64,000 nt of DNA from Alphaproteobacteria bacterium (GTDB taxonomy: Bacteria > Pseudomonadota > Alphaproteobacteria > Rs-D84): contig JAFUTJ010000007.1 in NCBI GenBank assembly GCA_017471445.1, positions 3,498-67,497 on the forward strand. Direction: 5' to 3'. The notes below the pieces were generated by a model. The model saw nothing but the letters and a program-made list of their open reading frames with translations. It did not search any database and was not told the origin of the DNA. The translations under genes and the position numbers were made by a program. Position 1 is the stretch's first letter; every line of letters begins with the position of its first letter. Positions 29,614 through 40,500 of the stretch are shown here, one piece after another.

Positions 29614-30162
29614 ATTATTTTCACCAATCACGCCACCGGTATAGTGCGCATTTGTCGGCGCATTCGTGCATTTATTCGCCAATTTATAAAGTTTGGCCCC
29701 TGACCAGGCCTCATCTTGTAACCATATGCCAACACCCGGTAATATATAATATTGCAAAGTAAATTTCGTATATAACCCCGTTTGCGTTTCATAGTTCAGA
29801 AATGCATATACCTTATTCCCATCTTTGTCATATGCGCCTGAACCTGTATACAACCCCATACCACAGTTGGTTATCGTGTATGGATATGTTTCTTGTTCGC
29901 GGGATGTACAAGCCGCACTATAAATACTTTGCAGACCAGATAATTCCAACACATCTTGGATTGTTTGGGTGAATAATGGACAATGTATTTTGGTGTCATC
30001 ACCGGGACAATAATTACATGCCGGACACCCAACGCATTTGCCCGCGTCATCCAAATAATATCCCGCATTACACGTTGCAGCGCGGGCCGCGCCAAAACAA
30101 AGCACAAAGAACAAACTGCAAAGTACAATTGGCAATTTGCACGTATGCCGTGCATGCAACAT
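29407..30162 (-). CDS. secreted cysteine-rich protein, family B (paralog of 10622..11446)
   Basis: Start chosen at MLHARHTCKLPIVLCSLFFVLCFGAARA (signal peptide) by analogy with the paralog. The track ORF extends to 30291. It has a CNAGYYLDDAGKCVGCPACNYCPGDD module, and the C-terminal 68 aa are nearly identical to the paralog. Confidence 0.8.
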   Translation of the reverse strand: MLHARHTCKLPIVLCSLFFVLCFGAARAATCNAGYYLDDAGKCVGCPACNYCPGDDTKIHCPLFTQTIQDVLELSGLQSIYSAACTSREQETYPYTITNCGMGLYTGSGAYDKDGNKVYAFLNYETQTGLYTKFTLQYYILPGVGIWLQDEAWSGAKLYKLANKCTNAPTNAHYTGGVIGENNCPWECDAGYGHTSDDRCLPLCRIGDTAMNGINIYAEKHTKYAMAVPRNGATCWINAKRDNGGKLVPVN

Positions 30163-30315
30163 TTTACTATGAATTGCCGCGCATTGTCCGTCCTTGTCAC
30201 ACCGGTACGTTCGCGCGTGCCCGCGGTATGACGACGGTTTGGAACGCCGTGTCTTGTTCCAAAGAATTAGAAATATGAATTCGTAAAGCATAATATGTCC
30301 CCATTTGATTTATTA

Positions 30316-30542
30316 AATTAAAAACACCGCAAATAAATCGCGGTCGGGGTGTTGAGAAATCATACGTTTTAATGACTCTTGTAATCTTTTGCAATATATG
30401 CATTATAACCACAAGCACCCCAACCAACATTGGGGAATAAAACACACGGTGCAAAATTGTGAATTTCTGTGGAATCACGATGACTTTCGCACCGAAAACG
30501 TAAAGGCTTCTCACAGCCCCGAACCCAATTCCCATTGGATTC
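30316..30542 (-). ncRNA. candidate structured RNA, copy X (leader of family-B gene or stand-alone sRNA), homologous to 62815-63036
   Basis: Collinear conserved blocks are shared with copy Y: GAAUCCAA, AUUGGGUUCGGGGCU, UUCGGUGCGAAAG, CAUCGU, GGUUAUAA, CCCCGACC. It starts about 8 nt after TATAAT and ends in ACCGC-loop-GCGGU plus GUUUUUAAUUU. Confidence 0.55.
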
Positions 30543-30549
30543 GATATCC

Positions 30550-30578
30550 ATTATACTTTATTTGTGCGACAAAGACAA
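30550..30578 (-). promoter_or_regulatory. candidate promoter of RNA copy X
   Basis: The minus strand reads TTGTCT-N17-TATAAT, immediately downstream of the rpmH terminator. Confidence 0.5.
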
Positions 30579-30591
30579 TATGTTTAATTGC

Positions 30592-30622
30592 AAAGAAAAA
30601 ACCGCCAAACGGCGGCATATTT
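30592..30622 (-). terminator. intrinsic terminator after rpmH
   Basis: CCGCC-GTTT-GGCGG on the minus strand, followed by TTTTTTCTTTG. Confidence 0.75.
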
Positions 30623-30625
30623 TTT

Positions 30626-30778
30626 TTAGTTTGCAGCGGTTGCGGCCAAACGTTTGCGCCCCGCAGCACGACGGCGATTCAGCACATCGCGTCCGCCCTT
30701 GGTCGCCATGCGTGCACGAAACCCGTGTTTGTTCACGCGACGTGTCTTGGACGGTTGATAAGTACGTTTTGTTGCCAT
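30626..30778 (-). CDS. rpmH: 50S ribosomal protein L34
   Basis: Below the ORF-track size cutoff. Manual translation gives [50 protein letters not shown]. Confidence 0.9.
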   Translation of the reverse strand: MATKRTYQPSKTRRVNKHGFRARMATKGGRDVLNRRRAAGRKRLAATAAN

Positions 30779-31083
30779 AATAAAATCCTTTTGTGCACCT
30801 ATTTAAGCATACGTTTTTACAAAACGCAACATTTTTATTTGCTTTTTGTAAAACTAATCTTTTCAATTGCGTTTTTTATCAAAAAATACACATACAACGA
30901 CATAAACAGCCGCCACTGTGTCATATTTCGTTTTTGCGCCATGTATAAACACCCCCACAGATAACTATTTTGATTTAACCAACCCGAGTTTCTTTAACGC
31001 CTCGGTCGCAAGATAATATACGAATAAAGCATAAAAAACGCGCCACAATGGTAAAAACATTTTATACCCCCACGTCTTTACAT

Positions 31084-31269
31084 TTACCGCATTCGCCCAC
31101 GAACCCGATTACCCAGCCGCCTGAGGGCGTTGCGAATACGTATCGCATTTCGCAGATTTGCCGTAATCGTGCGTAATTGCCATAACATAATGCGATCAGA
31201 TTCCGGATCATCGGAAAAAGATTTTTCCAACGCTTCCGCTTCTGCTAATGTCATATCAAGTACACTCAT
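31084..31269 (-). CDS. hypothetical small protein (61 aa)
   Basis: ORF with GGTGAGG just upstream of the ATG, but the spacing is very short. There is no other support. Confidence 0.3.
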   Translation of the reverse strand: MSVLDMTLAEAEALEKSFSDDPESDRIMLWQLRTITANLRNAIRIRNALRRLGNRVRGRMR

Positions 31270-31389
31270 TTCCTCACCATCGTACCTACAAAAGGCTATT
31301 TTGTCAATACAAAAATTCGCTTATAATGCTTGACCCGTTGTGCGAATTTTTGCTATTGTTTCATTGTTAAAAAACAAGGGAAATTCAGT

Positions 31390-34122
31390 ATGTCCGATAT
31401 AATTAATTCTAATGAAATAAACGAAATCAAAATTCCGACTTCGTCCATTGAACATGAAATGCGCACCAGTTTTTTGGATTATGCGATGTCGGTTATTGTT
31501 GACCGTGCATTGCCTGATGTTCGTGATGGGTGCAAACCGGTGCATCGTCGTATTTTGTATGTTATGAATGATGTTGCGCCCGCGACCAAGCCAACAGTTA
31601 AATCGGCACGTATCGTCGGTGATGTTATGGGTAAATATCATCCCCATGGCGACAGTTCTATTTACGAGGCGATGGTTCGTATGGGCCAAGATTTCTCTAT
31701 GGGGGAAATGCTGGTCCAGGGCCAAGGTAACTTTGGTTCCCGCGACGGTGACAAAGCGGCCGCCATGCGTTATACCGAGGCGCGATTGTCAAAACTTGGG
31801 GCATCGTTAATGGAAGATATGGATAAAGATACCGTTGATTGGCAACCAAACTTTGATGGCACGTTGCAAGAACCGGTTGTTTTGCCGACCAAGTTCCCGA
31901 ATTTCTTGGTAAACGGTGGTTCGGGTATCGCCGTTGGTATGGCAACAAATGTTCCAACATATAATTTGGGTGAAATTTGTAACGGCATTTTGGCAATTCT
32001 GGACAATCGCGATTTGTCAGATGACGAATTGTTTACAATCATTCCTGGACCCGATTTCCCAACAGGGGCGATGATTATGGGACGCGCCGGTGCATATAAG
32101 GCACACACCACAGGTCGCGGTTCTATTATTGTTCGCGCAAAAACACATATGGAAACATTTCACGACCACCCGGCGATTGTTGTAGATGAAATACCGTACC
32201 AGGTAAACAAGGCGCAAATGATTGTCAAAATCGCCGAATTGGCAAAAGAAAAACGCATAGAAGGAATTTCGGAAATTCGCGACGAATCATCCAAAGAAGG
32301 ATTGCGCATCGTCATTGAATTAAAGCGTGATGCAATTGCAGATGTGGTGTTAAATCACTTGTTCCAATATACAGAAATGCAAACAAATTTCCCGGTTAAT
32401 ATGATGGCATTGAACCGTGGACGCCCCATGCTGTTTAATGTGCGTGGTGTATTGGATGCGTTTATTGAATTTCGCGAAGAGGTTATTCGTCGTCGTACAA
32501 TATTTGACCTGAATAAAGCACGCAACCGTGCACATACGTTGTTGGGATTGTCGGTGGCGGTTGGCAATTTGGACGAGGTAATTGAACTGATTAAATCATC
32601 GGCCAGCCCCGAAGACGCACGTAACGCATTGGTTTCCCGCGGATGGAAGGCATCAGATATTGAAAGTTACATTCAGCTGATTGATGACCCAAATACGGAA
32701 TACAAAGACGGCATGTTCTTTATGTCCGAAGATCAGGCACGTGCGATTCTGGAATTGCAATTACATCGGTTGACAGGATTGGAACGCGATAAATTACACA
32801 ATGATTTGACAGAACTGGGTGCAACAATTCGCGACCTGCTAGATATCTTGGGCAGTCACGCGCGTATCATTCAAATTATTCGCGACGAAACAACCGCGGT
32901 ACGTGACAACTGGGCATCGCCACGCCGTACAGAAATATCAGATGCCGAAATTGACATTGATATCGAAGACCTGATTGCACGCGAAGACATGGTTGTGACT
33001 GTTACAAATACGGGATATATCAAACGTGTTGCATTGGACACATATCGCGCGCAAAAACGCGGTGGCAAGGGTCGCAATGCAATGACCACAAAAGAAGACG
33101 ACTATGTCGTACAGGTATTTGTTGCAAATACTCATACGCCGTTATTATTCTTCTCGTCCAAGGGACTGTGTTATAAATTAAAAACGTATAAATTACCCGA
33201 AGCGGCGGCGGCGGCCAAGGGACGTCCGTTGGTAAATCTGTTGCCGTTGGCGGCAGGCGAAACAATTACGGCAATTTTACCGGTCGCAGACGCAGATGTC
33301 GAACGCGTTAAGAATTCTGGCAAAGAACACTTCTTGATGTTTGCAACGGCATCCGGCACGGTACGTCGTAACCGCATGTCTGATTTTGATTCAATTCGCG
33401 CAAATGGAAAAATTGCCATGAAATTAGACGATGGCGACAGTCTGATTTCTGTGTTGCCATGTAATGAATACCAAGATGTATATTTGGCGACATATCGCGG
33501 TCGTTGCATACGATTCCCAGTGCCAGAAATTCGTGTATTTGCGGGACGTAATTCAACAGGTGTTCGCGGCATTACATTGGGACACGACGATAAAATTATC
33601 GGCATGGCGATGTTGAACCATGGCGAAAGCGATAGCAGTATCCGCAACGCATATATTAAACAATCACGTGCGGCACGTCGTGCGGCGACCGGTATTGACG
33701 AAGATGCCGGTGACGCAGATGACGAAACCACAACCGATGTTGTTTTAACAGATGAACAAATGAAACAAATGGCGGCGACAGAACAATTCATTTTAACTGT
33801 TTCGGAAAATGGGTTTGGCAAGCGCACCAGTTCATATGAATATCGCACAACACATCGTGGTGGCGGCGGATTCACCAATATTAAATTGGGCGGTAAAAAT
33901 ACTGCGGTGGCGGGTGCATTCCCGGTGGACGACAGCCATGATATTATGATGGTGACCGATGGCGGTAAAATTATTCGTACACCAGTTTCAGATGTACGCA
34001 TCGCTGGGCGCAGTACGGCGGGTGTAACATTATTCCGTACCGCGGAAAACGAACGGGTTGTATCGGCGATTTCAATCACATCGGATGATGATGCCGACGA
34101 TGCACCGGAAATAACAGAATAA
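31390..34122 (+). CDS. gyrA: DNA gyrase subunit A
   Basis: [38 protein letters not shown] (active-site Tyr region), and repeated C-terminal beta-pinwheel blades. The ATG at 31390 is preferred. Confidence 0.97.
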   Translation: MSDIINSNEINEIKIPTSSIEHEMRTSFLDYAMSVIVDRALPDVRDGCKPVHRRILYVMNDVAPATKPTVKSARIVGDVMGKYHPHGDSSIYEAMVRMGQDFSMGEMLVQGQGNFGSRDGDKAAAMRYTEARLSKLGASLMEDMDKDTVDWQPNFDGTLQEPVVLPTKFPNFLVNGGSGIAVGMATNVPTYNLGEICNGILAILDNRDLSDDELFTIIPGPDFPTGAMIMGRAGAYKAHTTGRGSIIVRAKTHMETFHDHPAIVVDEIPYQVNKAQMIVKIAELAKEKRIEGISEIRDESSKEGLRIVIELKRDAIADVVLNHLFQYTEMQTNFPVNMMALNRGRPMLFNVRGVLDAFIEFREEVIRRRTIFDLNKARNRAHTLLGLSVAVGNLDEVIELIKSSASPEDARNALVSRGWKASDIESYIQLIDDPNTEYKDGMFFMSEDQARAILELQLHRLTGLERDKLHNDLTELGATIRDLLDILGSHARIIQIIRDETTAVRDNWASPRRTEISDAEIDIDIEDLIAREDMVVTVTNTGYIKRVALDTYRAQKRGGKGRNAMTTKEDDYVVQVFVANTHTPLLFFSSKGLCYKLKTYKLPEAAAAAKGRPLVNLLPLAAGETITAILPVADADVERVKNSGKEHFLMFATASGTVRRNRMSDFDSIRANGKIAMKLDDGDSLISVLPCNEYQDVYLATYRGRCIRFPVPEIRVFAGRNSTGVRGITLGHDDKIIGMAMLNHGESDSSIRNAYIKQSRAARRAATGIDEDAGDADDETTTDVVLTDEQMKQMAATEQFILTVSENGFGKRTSSYEYRTTHRGGGGFTNIKLGGKNTAVAGAFPVDDSHDIMMVTDGGKIIRTPVSDVRIAGRSTAGVTLFRTAENERVVSAISITSDDDADDAPEITE

Positions 34123-34125
34123 AAA

Positions 34126-34151
34126 ATGCCGGCGTTTGCCGGTGTTTTTTT
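34126..34151 (+). terminator. intrinsic terminator after gyrA
   Basis: CCGGC-GTTT-GCCGG followed by TGTTTTTTT. Confidence 0.7.
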
Positions 34152-34178
34152 ACACAAATTCTGTAATGGAATACTTTT

Positions 34179-35396
34179 TTATTCCCGGCGCATGCAATCA
34201 ATCGGTGACAGGTCCGCGGCGCGCATGGCGGGGAATATACCAGATGCAATTCCGCACGTAATTGCAATCGCACCGGATACAATAATTGCAATAAAAGAAA
34301 ACGGAACATACATCCCCAGTATTATTCGACCAACAAATTGTGTAATGCCAATTCCCAATATTAACCCAATCACTGCACCACATGACGATATAAAAACAGA
34401 TTCCATCAAGAATTGAAATGCAATATGTCGTGCGCATGCGCCGACCGCACGACGTATTCCAATTTCACGACGCCGTTCCACAACCGCAACCAACATCATA
34501 TTCATAATTCCAATTGCCCCAACCAGTAATGATACCGACGCAACCGTTATTATCAATATCTTCATATTGCCAGTTATACGATTCAGCGATTCCATTATCT
34601 GGCGCATGTCAAAAATCTGAAAATCGTCTGCGTCATTGTCGCGTAAACGGTGGCGCATTCGCAGAATAGTTTTAATTTGTTCTATCACAATATCATTATC
34701 GGCATACGGAAATAATCGAATGCCAATTACAGGTATTGAATTTATAAACGAATCGCCATTTATTCGCCGCTTTAATGTCCCCAGCGGTACAATCACCATA
34801 TCATCCATTGACCCCAGTGCCGTATCGCCACGCGGTCGCATAACCCCAATTATCGTAAACGGTATATTTTTTATACGCAATGTGTAACCAACAGAATTTT
34901 GGGGCAACCCCAACTCTTCGGCGGCACGCGGACCAATTATTGCATGCAGTGTATGATTACGAATGTCAATATCATCAATAAATCGTCCATATTGAATTTG
35001 TGTGCTTAATACATCACGATAGTCTGGGTATGCGCCGATAATTACAGAATGTATATTCTTGTTACCGTATACCAATTGTGCACTGGCCATTTGTGCTGGG
35101 GTTATTGATTGAATGCCCGGCAATGCAGAAATATATTCTGCGTCATCAATGGTTAATGTCGTAACCGTACCAACATGTACATTGCCACGCGTGGCCGCGC
35201 CGGCACGAACCATGATGGTATTTGTACCCAAATCTGAAAAATGGTTATTGATATGATGGTCAACCGTTTCACCAACCGCAATCATAATCACCACAGCCAT
35301 AACACCAATAACAACGCCCAATATAGTCAATATATACCGCAACCGATGCGATAAAATGGAAACTTTTGCTTCGGAAATAATATCGGTTAAATGCAT
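34179..35396 (-). CDS. ABC transporter permease, MacB/FtsX family
   Basis: N-terminal TM (LRYILTILGVVIGVMAVVIMIAVG), a large periplasmic domain, and a C-terminal FtsX-type 3-TM bundle (GIRRAVGA...). No ATPase gene is adjacent. Confidence 0.85.
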   Translation of the reverse strand: MHLTDIISEAKVSILSHRLRYILTILGVVIGVMAVVIMIAVGETVDHHINNHFSDLGTNTIMVRAGAATRGNVHVGTVTTLTIDDAEYISALPGIQSITPAQMASAQLVYGNKNIHSVIIGAYPDYRDVLSTQIQYGRFIDDIDIRNHTLHAIIGPRAAEELGLPQNSVGYTLRIKNIPFTIIGVMRPRGDTALGSMDDMVIVPLGTLKRRINGDSFINSIPVIGIRLFPYADNDIVIEQIKTILRMRHRLRDNDADDFQIFDMRQIMESLNRITGNMKILIITVASVSLLVGAIGIMNMMLVAVVERRREIGIRRAVGACARHIAFQFLMESVFISSCGAVIGLILGIGITQFVGRIILGMYVPFSFIAIIVSGAIAITCGIASGIFPAMRAADLSPIDCMRRE

Positions 35397-35532
35397 GGTC
35401 TATAAAAATTTATCAAAATGACACGCCGCCGGTCATTAGGGATGTGTTCACATTGGTTTTATAATTGAAAACAAATCTGCCATGATATATAATCAGCGTG
35501 TATTGTTTGCAAAACACGTAACGGGGTATCGC

Positions 35533-35931
35533 ATGGACAGTGAATATTTTTCATCAATAAACGATGTATCAAAGCGGCTGGGCGTGCCGGCATATACCCT
35601 GCGTTATTGGGAAAAACAGTTTCCATCGGCCATTCGTCCCACAACAGGAGCAGGCGGCCGTCGGTACTATCGCACGGAAACAGTAAAAAAAATAGAAACA
35701 ATAAAATCGTTGCTATATACCCGTGGAATGACAATTGCCGGGGTTAAAAAGTTAATGCGCGATGGTAACTTTCCTGATTCTGATGACGAATTTAATATCA
35801 CCAAATCACCCGTGCATAATTCACATGATGCGGGAAATGACATAACGTCAACAAAATCCCCCAGCATTGATACAGATATGATTGATTCTGCGGTTGCATT
35901 GTTGCAAACGGCACGTGATTTATTGCAATAA
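35533..35931 (+). CDS. MerR-family HTH transcriptional regulator
   Basis: INDVSKRLGVPAYTLRYWEKQF...GGRRYY is a MerR-type HTH. Confidence 0.8.
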   Translation: MDSEYFSSINDVSKRLGVPAYTLRYWEKQFPSAIRPTTGAGGRRYYRTETVKKIETIKSLLYTRGMTIAGVKKLMRDGNFPDSDDEFNITKSPVHNSHDAGNDITSTKSPSIDTDMIDSAVALLQTARDLLQ

Positions 35932-36050
35932 CATTCATAATATGATTCACCGGTGTTTGTATTACATATCGGAACGCCACAGACACTGAACATTTTTTTG
36001 CGAATAAGAACAGTCTGGTATAAAAAAAAGCCCCCAAATCGGGGTAAATG

Positions 36051-37112
36051 TTATTCTGTACGTAACATATTACGCACGGGCATCAATGCGGTCGCACGCG
36101 TGGCAATTTCATCATTCAGGTTTGCCCCCGCCAAATCAACCGCATATTTTATTGAATTTGCAAATGCCAATGCGTCACTGTTCCCGTGGGTTTTTACCGA
36201 AAAGCCTTTCAGTCCCAAAAACGTTGCACCCGCATACGAACGTGGGTCAATTTTATGCTTTAACCGTTTGAACACATGCACCAAGAAAAACGTTCCAATA
36301 ATTGCCAGCAACGATTTTTTCAGGTTTTCAACCAACACACGTTTTATCAATTTTGCCGTGCCTTCGACCGTTTTTAATACAATATTACCGGTAAAGCCGT
36401 CGGTAACAACAACCTGGACCCGACCGGCGGAAATATCGTTCCCTTCGACAAATCCGATATATTCATACGGTAATTTGTCGCGGTTTTCGCTTAACACCCG
36501 GTTCAAATGTTGCAGTGTTTCATTACCTTTGGTATCTTCGGCACCGATGTTCAGAACACCCAATTTTGGCCGTGGCATTTTACCAATTATTTCGGCATAA
36601 ACAGACCCCAGAATTGCAAAATCAAACAAATTTTCCGCGTCACACGACACATTGGCACCCAAATCCAAAACAACCACACGCGAATCCCCACCACCGGACG
36701 GCAACATTGTTGTTATCGCCGGACGCGAAATTCCATCAATGGTTTTCAATGCCAATTTTGATATCGACATCAAAACACCGGTGTTACCGGCACTGACCAC
36801 AGCCTGGGCCCCACCATCACGAACATCCCGAATTGCCATGTACATTGACGTGTCTTGGGCGTGGCGAATTACATCACGCACCTTGTCTGTGGGGCGAATG
36901 ACATTTGGTGCGTGAACAATTGTCGAATTACGTGAAACACGTGGATATTTTGCCATTAAACGACGTAATTTTTGTTCATCACCAAATACGCGGAAATGCA
37001 CAGAATCTTCACCATTCTGGTACAAGAATTGATTTATCCCACCCAATACAACATTGGGCCCCTTGTCCCCACCAAATGCATCAATGGCAATAATCTTTTT
37101 TTGTTCTGACAT
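36051..37112 (-). CDS. plsX: phosphate acyltransferase PlsX
   Basis: IAIDAFGGDKGP, VSAGNTG and GAPLLGL-like (ATFLGLKG) motifs. It sits downstream of rpmF as in the classical operon. Confidence 0.93.
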   Translation of the reverse strand: MSEQKKIIAIDAFGGDKGPNVVLGGINQFLYQNGEDSVHFRVFGDEQKLRRLMAKYPRVSRNSTIVHAPNVIRPTDKVRDVIRHAQDTSMYMAIRDVRDGGAQAVVSAGNTGVLMSISKLALKTIDGISRPAITTMLPSGGGDSRVVVLDLGANVSCDAENLFDFAILGSVYAEIIGKMPRPKLGVLNIGAEDTKGNETLQHLNRVLSENRDKLPYEYIGFVEGNDISAGRVQVVVTDGFTGNIVLKTVEGTAKLIKRVLVENLKKSLLAIIGTFFLVHVFKRLKHKIDPRSYAGATFLGLKGFSVKTHGNSDALAFANSIKYAVDLAGANLNDEIATRATALMPVRNMLRTE

Positions 37113-37179
37113 TTTTCTGTATAAAAAAAGCAGAAAGGCATATCACAAATGCCTGTCTGCAATTATTGTTTAACGAAAA

Positions 37180-37329
37180 CTATTTCGCACCACATGCAGG
37201 ACACACATGATGTGGACGTTTCTTTTCGCCACATGTCTTGCAAACACCGCATGGCATAATGCTTAATGCGTCATGACTGCGACGTTGTGCACTGCGTGCT
37301 TTACTGGTTTTACTTTTTGGCGTTGCCAT
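37180..37329 (-). CDS. rpmF: 50S ribosomal protein L32
   Basis: Below the ORF-track cutoff. Manual translation gives MATPKSKTSKARSAQRRSHDALSIMPCGVCKTCGEKKRPHHVCPACGAK, with the CxxC..CxxC zinc ribbon. Confidence 0.9.
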   Translation of the reverse strand: MATPKSKTSKARSAQRRSHDALSIMPCGVCKTCGEKKRPHHVCPACGAK

Positions 37330-37385
37330 TTTGTTATCCTTTTGTTATTTTTCAATCTTGTATTCTATTATAATATCACCCGTTT

Positions 37386-37501
37386 GCAAGCAAAAACTGG
37401 TGAAAGTGGTTAAGTGCCAGTGGCAATTGTTATTGAGATAAAATTCATAATTACACGGCTAATCCCAATTTAACGGCCACTAACACCTATACTAACCACT
37501 T
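37386..37501 (-). terminator. large imperfect hairpin plus U-run after rpoC (candidate terminator)
   Basis: On the minus-strand RNA, AAGUGGUUA pairs with UAACCACUU, and GGUGUUAGUGGC pairs with GCCACUGGCACU. The G-U wobbles work only on this strand. The loop is about 51 nt, followed by CAGUUUUUG. Confidence 0.5.
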
Positions 37502-37504
37502 ATG

Positions 37505-40500
37505 CTATATATCCAACAACTGTTGTTGACGACCACCGTCGCGCGCCAGTTTTTCTGCACGTTCTTCGTCACGGGCAATTTCACGAACACGACGTACATA
37601 TGCACCCGTACCAACCGGTATCAAACGACCAACAATCAGGTTTTCGTTTATACCGACCAATTTATCGGTTGAACCAGAAATTGCCGCATCAACCAAAACC
37701 TTGGTTGTTTGTTGGAACGACGCGTTGGAAATAAACGAACGTGATGTCAACGACGCACGTGTCAACCCAACCAGAACCTGGGACGCTTCGGCAACGCGGC
37801 CGCCGTCGTGTGCAACACGTGCATTTTCTTCTTCGAAATCAACACGGTCAACAACCTGTCCCATCAAGAATCCTGTATCGCCCGGATTTATGATTTCAAC
37901 ACGACGCGTCATTTCACGTATCAAGATTTCAATATGTTTATCGTTAATTACCACACCTTGCAGACGGTAAACGGCCTGAATCTGTTCAACCATAAAGGTT
38001 GCCAGGGCTTTCTGGCCCAGGATACGCAGAATATCTTGGGGTACCGGTTCACCGTCAACCAGTTTTTCGGCACGTTTAACAACATCACCACTGCGCACCA
38101 ACAGGTTTGTTCCCTTTGGCACCGCATATTCAACCGGTGCCGTTCCATCGGCCGGTTCAATGCGAATGATGATTTTAGATTTCGCGTCTTCTAATTCAAC
38201 GGTACCATCTGTTTCCGCCAATAATGCCGGGTTGGTTGGGCGACGAACCTCTAACAATTCTTCTACCCGTGGCAAACCGCCGGTAATATCGCTGGTACGT
38301 TTGGTCTGAACCGGAATACGCGCCAAAATATCACCTGCGCGAACCGTTGCGCCGTTTGCAACATTCAGAACAGAATATATCGGCAACAAGTATTCGGCAA
38401 TCTTTTTACCCCCCAGTGATATAACATTACCTTTGTCATCAACCAATGTCACCGCCGGTTTCAGGGCTTTCTTGGTATTTGTCTTCCAATTTATAACCTT
38501 GCGCGAAACAATACCCGTCATTGAGTCAACTTCTTCCTGGTACGAAACGTTTTCAAGCAAGTCGTTAAATTGAACAATACCGTCTTTTTCGGCAATAATC
38601 GTATTGGAATACGGATCCCATTCGGCAACCTTGGCACCACGTTCAACCGTTTCACCATCGTTTACGATTAACATTGATGCATACGGCAAAGATGTGCTGA
38701 ACAATTTTTCGCCTTTGGCATCAACAATATTCAATTCGCCATTACGCGACAGAACAACAACACGACCAACAGAATTCTTAATCGTATTTACACCTGTCAA
38801 TTTAATGGTACCGGCAACAGGCGCCTCTATAAAGTGACTTTCGGCACCACCGGCGGCAACACCACCAATATGGAACGTACGCAGTGTCAACTGGGTACCA
38901 GGTTCACCAATGGATTGCCCCGCGATAATACCAACGGCTTCGCCAACATGAACCAGCGCATTGCGCGACAAATCCATACCATAACATTTCGCGCACAGCC
39001 CATCCGAACAACACGTCAGCACAGAACGTACATCCACACTGGGCAGCCCAGATTCATTAATCTTTTTCGCCGCAGATTTTGTAATCAATTCACCTGCTGG
39101 AACAATCATTTCTTTGGTCAACGGGTGAATGATATCATGCGCCGCAGTACGTCCCAAGACCACATCACCCAACGCCACAGACAGTGTTGAACCCTGGTAC
39201 ACAGGCTTTGCCGTAATAAATTCAGACGTACCACAATCATGTTCGGTAATAACCGTGTTCTGGGCCAATTCAACCAAACGACGGGTCAGATATCCTGCCT
39301 CGGCTGTCTTTAAGGCTGTGTCTGACATACCTTTACGCGCGCCGTGCGTTGACGTAAAGTATTCCGACATGGTCAAACCTTCCTTAAAGTTGGAAATAAT
39401 CGGAACTTCAATAATAGAACCGTCTGGTTTCTGCATCATACCACGCATACCGGCCAACTGTTGAATTTGGCGTTTTGAACCACGGGCACCGGACAGTGCC
39501 ATCATCAACACAGAATTCCAATTGTCCCCGGTCGTTTTACCCAACGCGGCGTATGCCAAATCACCCAATTTATCGGTTGTTTTCTGCCACAGGTCAATCA
39601 GCTTATTGTGACGTTCACCCGCAGACAACAAACCATTTTGGTACTGCGATTCGATTTCTTCGGCTGCCTTTTCGGCATCACCAATCATCTTTTCCTTTTC
39701 TTCTGGAATAACGATATCGTTAAATCCAATGGAAATACCACTGCGGGCGGCCTGTTCGAACCCGGTGTTCTTTAACGCATCGGCCAACAGAATGGTTTCT
39801 TTATCACCACAACGTTCATATGTTGTCGCCAACAACGCCTTGATTTCTTTAACAGGCATAACCTTGTTCACCAAATCAAACGGCATATCGTCACGTTTTG
39901 GCAACAATTCACCCAAAATCATGCGCCCAGCGGTCGTTTTATAAACTTTACCATTAATACGTGCAACAATTGGCGTATGCAGTGTAATTGTATTGCTTTC
40001 CAAGGCCAACTTTACTTCGTCCATATTGGCAAAACGCGGCGATTTATCGTCATGTTCACCATTAATCAACGAAATATAGTACACACCCAACACCATGTCT
40101 TGTGATGGAACAATCATTGGTTCACCATTTGCCGGCGACAGAACGTTGTTTGACGACAACATTAATGTGCGCGCTTCCAATTGTGCCTCTAACGAAATTG
40201 GAACGTGAACAGACATCTGGTCACCGTCAAAGTCGGCATTAAAGCCCTTGCAAACCAATGGATGCAGACGGATTGCCTTGCCTTCTATCAAAACAGGTTC
40301 AAACGCCAACAGCGACAATCTGTGTAACGACGGTGCACGGTTTAACAATACCGGATGTTCGTGAATAACCTTTTCCAGCATTTCCCATACAACATCTTCG
40401 CCGTTTTCAACCATTTTGCGTGCGGTTTTCAGCGTATTCGCATAATCACCCGCCATCAAACGTGCAAACACAAATGGCTTAAATAATTCCAGTGCCATTG

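Noticed and set aside
29407-30291. Long form (294 aa) of the family-B gene starting at 30291
   Set aside because: It would put 43 non-hydrophobic residues in front of an obvious signal peptide. The paralog and the signal-peptide logic favour the internal ATG at 30162.
30197-30535. 112-aa minus-strand ORF (MGIGFGAVRSLYVFGAK...) covering the region between rpmH and the family-B gene
   Set aside because: It overlaps RNA copy X. The homologous copy Y has no start codon at the equivalent place. The spacing between conserved blocks differs by 1 nt, so the reading frame is not conserved. The conservation is better explained at the RNA level.
30389-30964. 191-aa plus-strand ORF spanning rpmH
   Set aside because: It is antisense to rpmH, its terminator and RNA copy X, and is an implausible composite.
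30779-31083. Possible oriC in the rpmH-gyrA intergenic region (rpmH is often near dnaA/oriC)
   Set aside because: I found no convincing cluster of DnaA boxes (TTATCCACA-like). The only candidates are single poor matches such as gttatctgtgg. No dnaA or dnaN gene is nearby.
33171-34157. 328-aa ORF antisense to the 3' part of gyrA
   Set aside because: It lies entirely within and antisense to a highly conserved gene. The sequence is low-complexity (S/A/R/V-rich), which is typical of a shadow ORF.
35953-36600. 215-aa plus-strand ORF overlapping plsX
   Set aside because: It is antisense to a clearly identified plsX and its sequence is not protein-like.
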